Source of the DNA: Candidatus Micrarchaeota archaeon
GTDB taxonomy: Archaea > Micrarchaeota > Micrarchaeia > Anstonellales > Bilamarchaeaceae
Direction of reading: 5' to 3'
NCBI GenBank assembly: GCA_014730115.1
Contig: WJIU01000032.1
Coordinates: 1 to 48,989, forward strand
Length of the DNA: 48,989 nt
Shown here: one piece after another, positions 48,772 through 48,989 of the stretch
How the letters are laid out: each line of letters opens with the position of its first letter
Position numbering within the stretch: the first letter of the stretch is position 1
Notes under the pieces: model-generated
Told to the model about the DNA's origin: nothing
The model's input: the letters and a program-made list of their open reading frames with translations, nothing else
Database searches by the model: none
Program-made: the position numbers and the translations under genes

Positions 48772-48989
48772 CTAGCATCTGCCGCAGATTTCCTGAAGTG
48801 TGTTTCTTGCCTTTTCTGAAGTAATCTTTTCTGTTCTCAAAAGCTCCTTGGCCAGGCTTTCCACCTGCTTCTGGTAAAGCCGCATCCTGAGCTCTTTGGA
48901 GTTTCTGCTTATTTCGCTGCGTTCGTAGGCAATTACCGCCAGCATATACGTAACCCTGTTGTTAAAGTGCTTTTTCATCCTATCTGCCA
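48772..48989 (-). CDS. 3' part of a hypothetical protein (frame open to the window edge)
   Basis: Frame stays open beyond the ATG at 48978; helical, charged sequence. Confidence 0.5.
   Translation of the reverse strand, partial: ADRMKKHFNNRVTYMLAVIAYERSEISRNSKELRMRLYQKQVESLAKELLRTEKITSEKARNTLQEICGRC

Noticed and set aside
1-48989. CRISPR arrays, tRNA/rRNA genes, IS elements
   Set aside because: All intergenic gaps are short; no regularly spaced repeats, cloverleaf/T-loop signature or transposase ORF seen by eye.

Overview
A gene-dense archaeal chromosomal segment, about 50% GC by eye. The markers (GatD/GatE, AglB, class I CCA enzyme, Pus10, PolB, GGGP synthase, FtsZ, S-layer C-terminus) together with a bacterial-type DNA gyrase and many orphan lipoproteins suggest a DPANN archaeon, most plausibly Micrarchaeota; this placement is an inference. 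It carries a mosaic riboflavin pathway (bacterial-type ribA and ribD, ribB, an archaeal RibC-RibH fusion, an HTH-RibK/RbkR), pyrD/pyrK/pyrE, purD, lipid genes, and gyrAB with a 360-aa HNH intein in gyrB. The most notable items are: (1) a chromosomal cluster at 34.3-38.6 kb of a CedA/VirB6-like membrane protein, a split VirB4 (membrane/N-domain gene plus ATPase gene), a coiled-coil/winged-helix protein and an unannotated 54-aa ORF, with no relaxase or integrase nearby; (2) an unannotated box C/D guide sRNA at about 2.72 kb whose D' guide fits the 23S A-loop (Um2552); (3) the RibC-RibH fusion; (4) a probable CTG-initiated extension of a RecJ-like gene. I saw no tRNA, rRNA, CRISPR array or transposase. 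All family assignments come from motif recognition and memory, not database searches.
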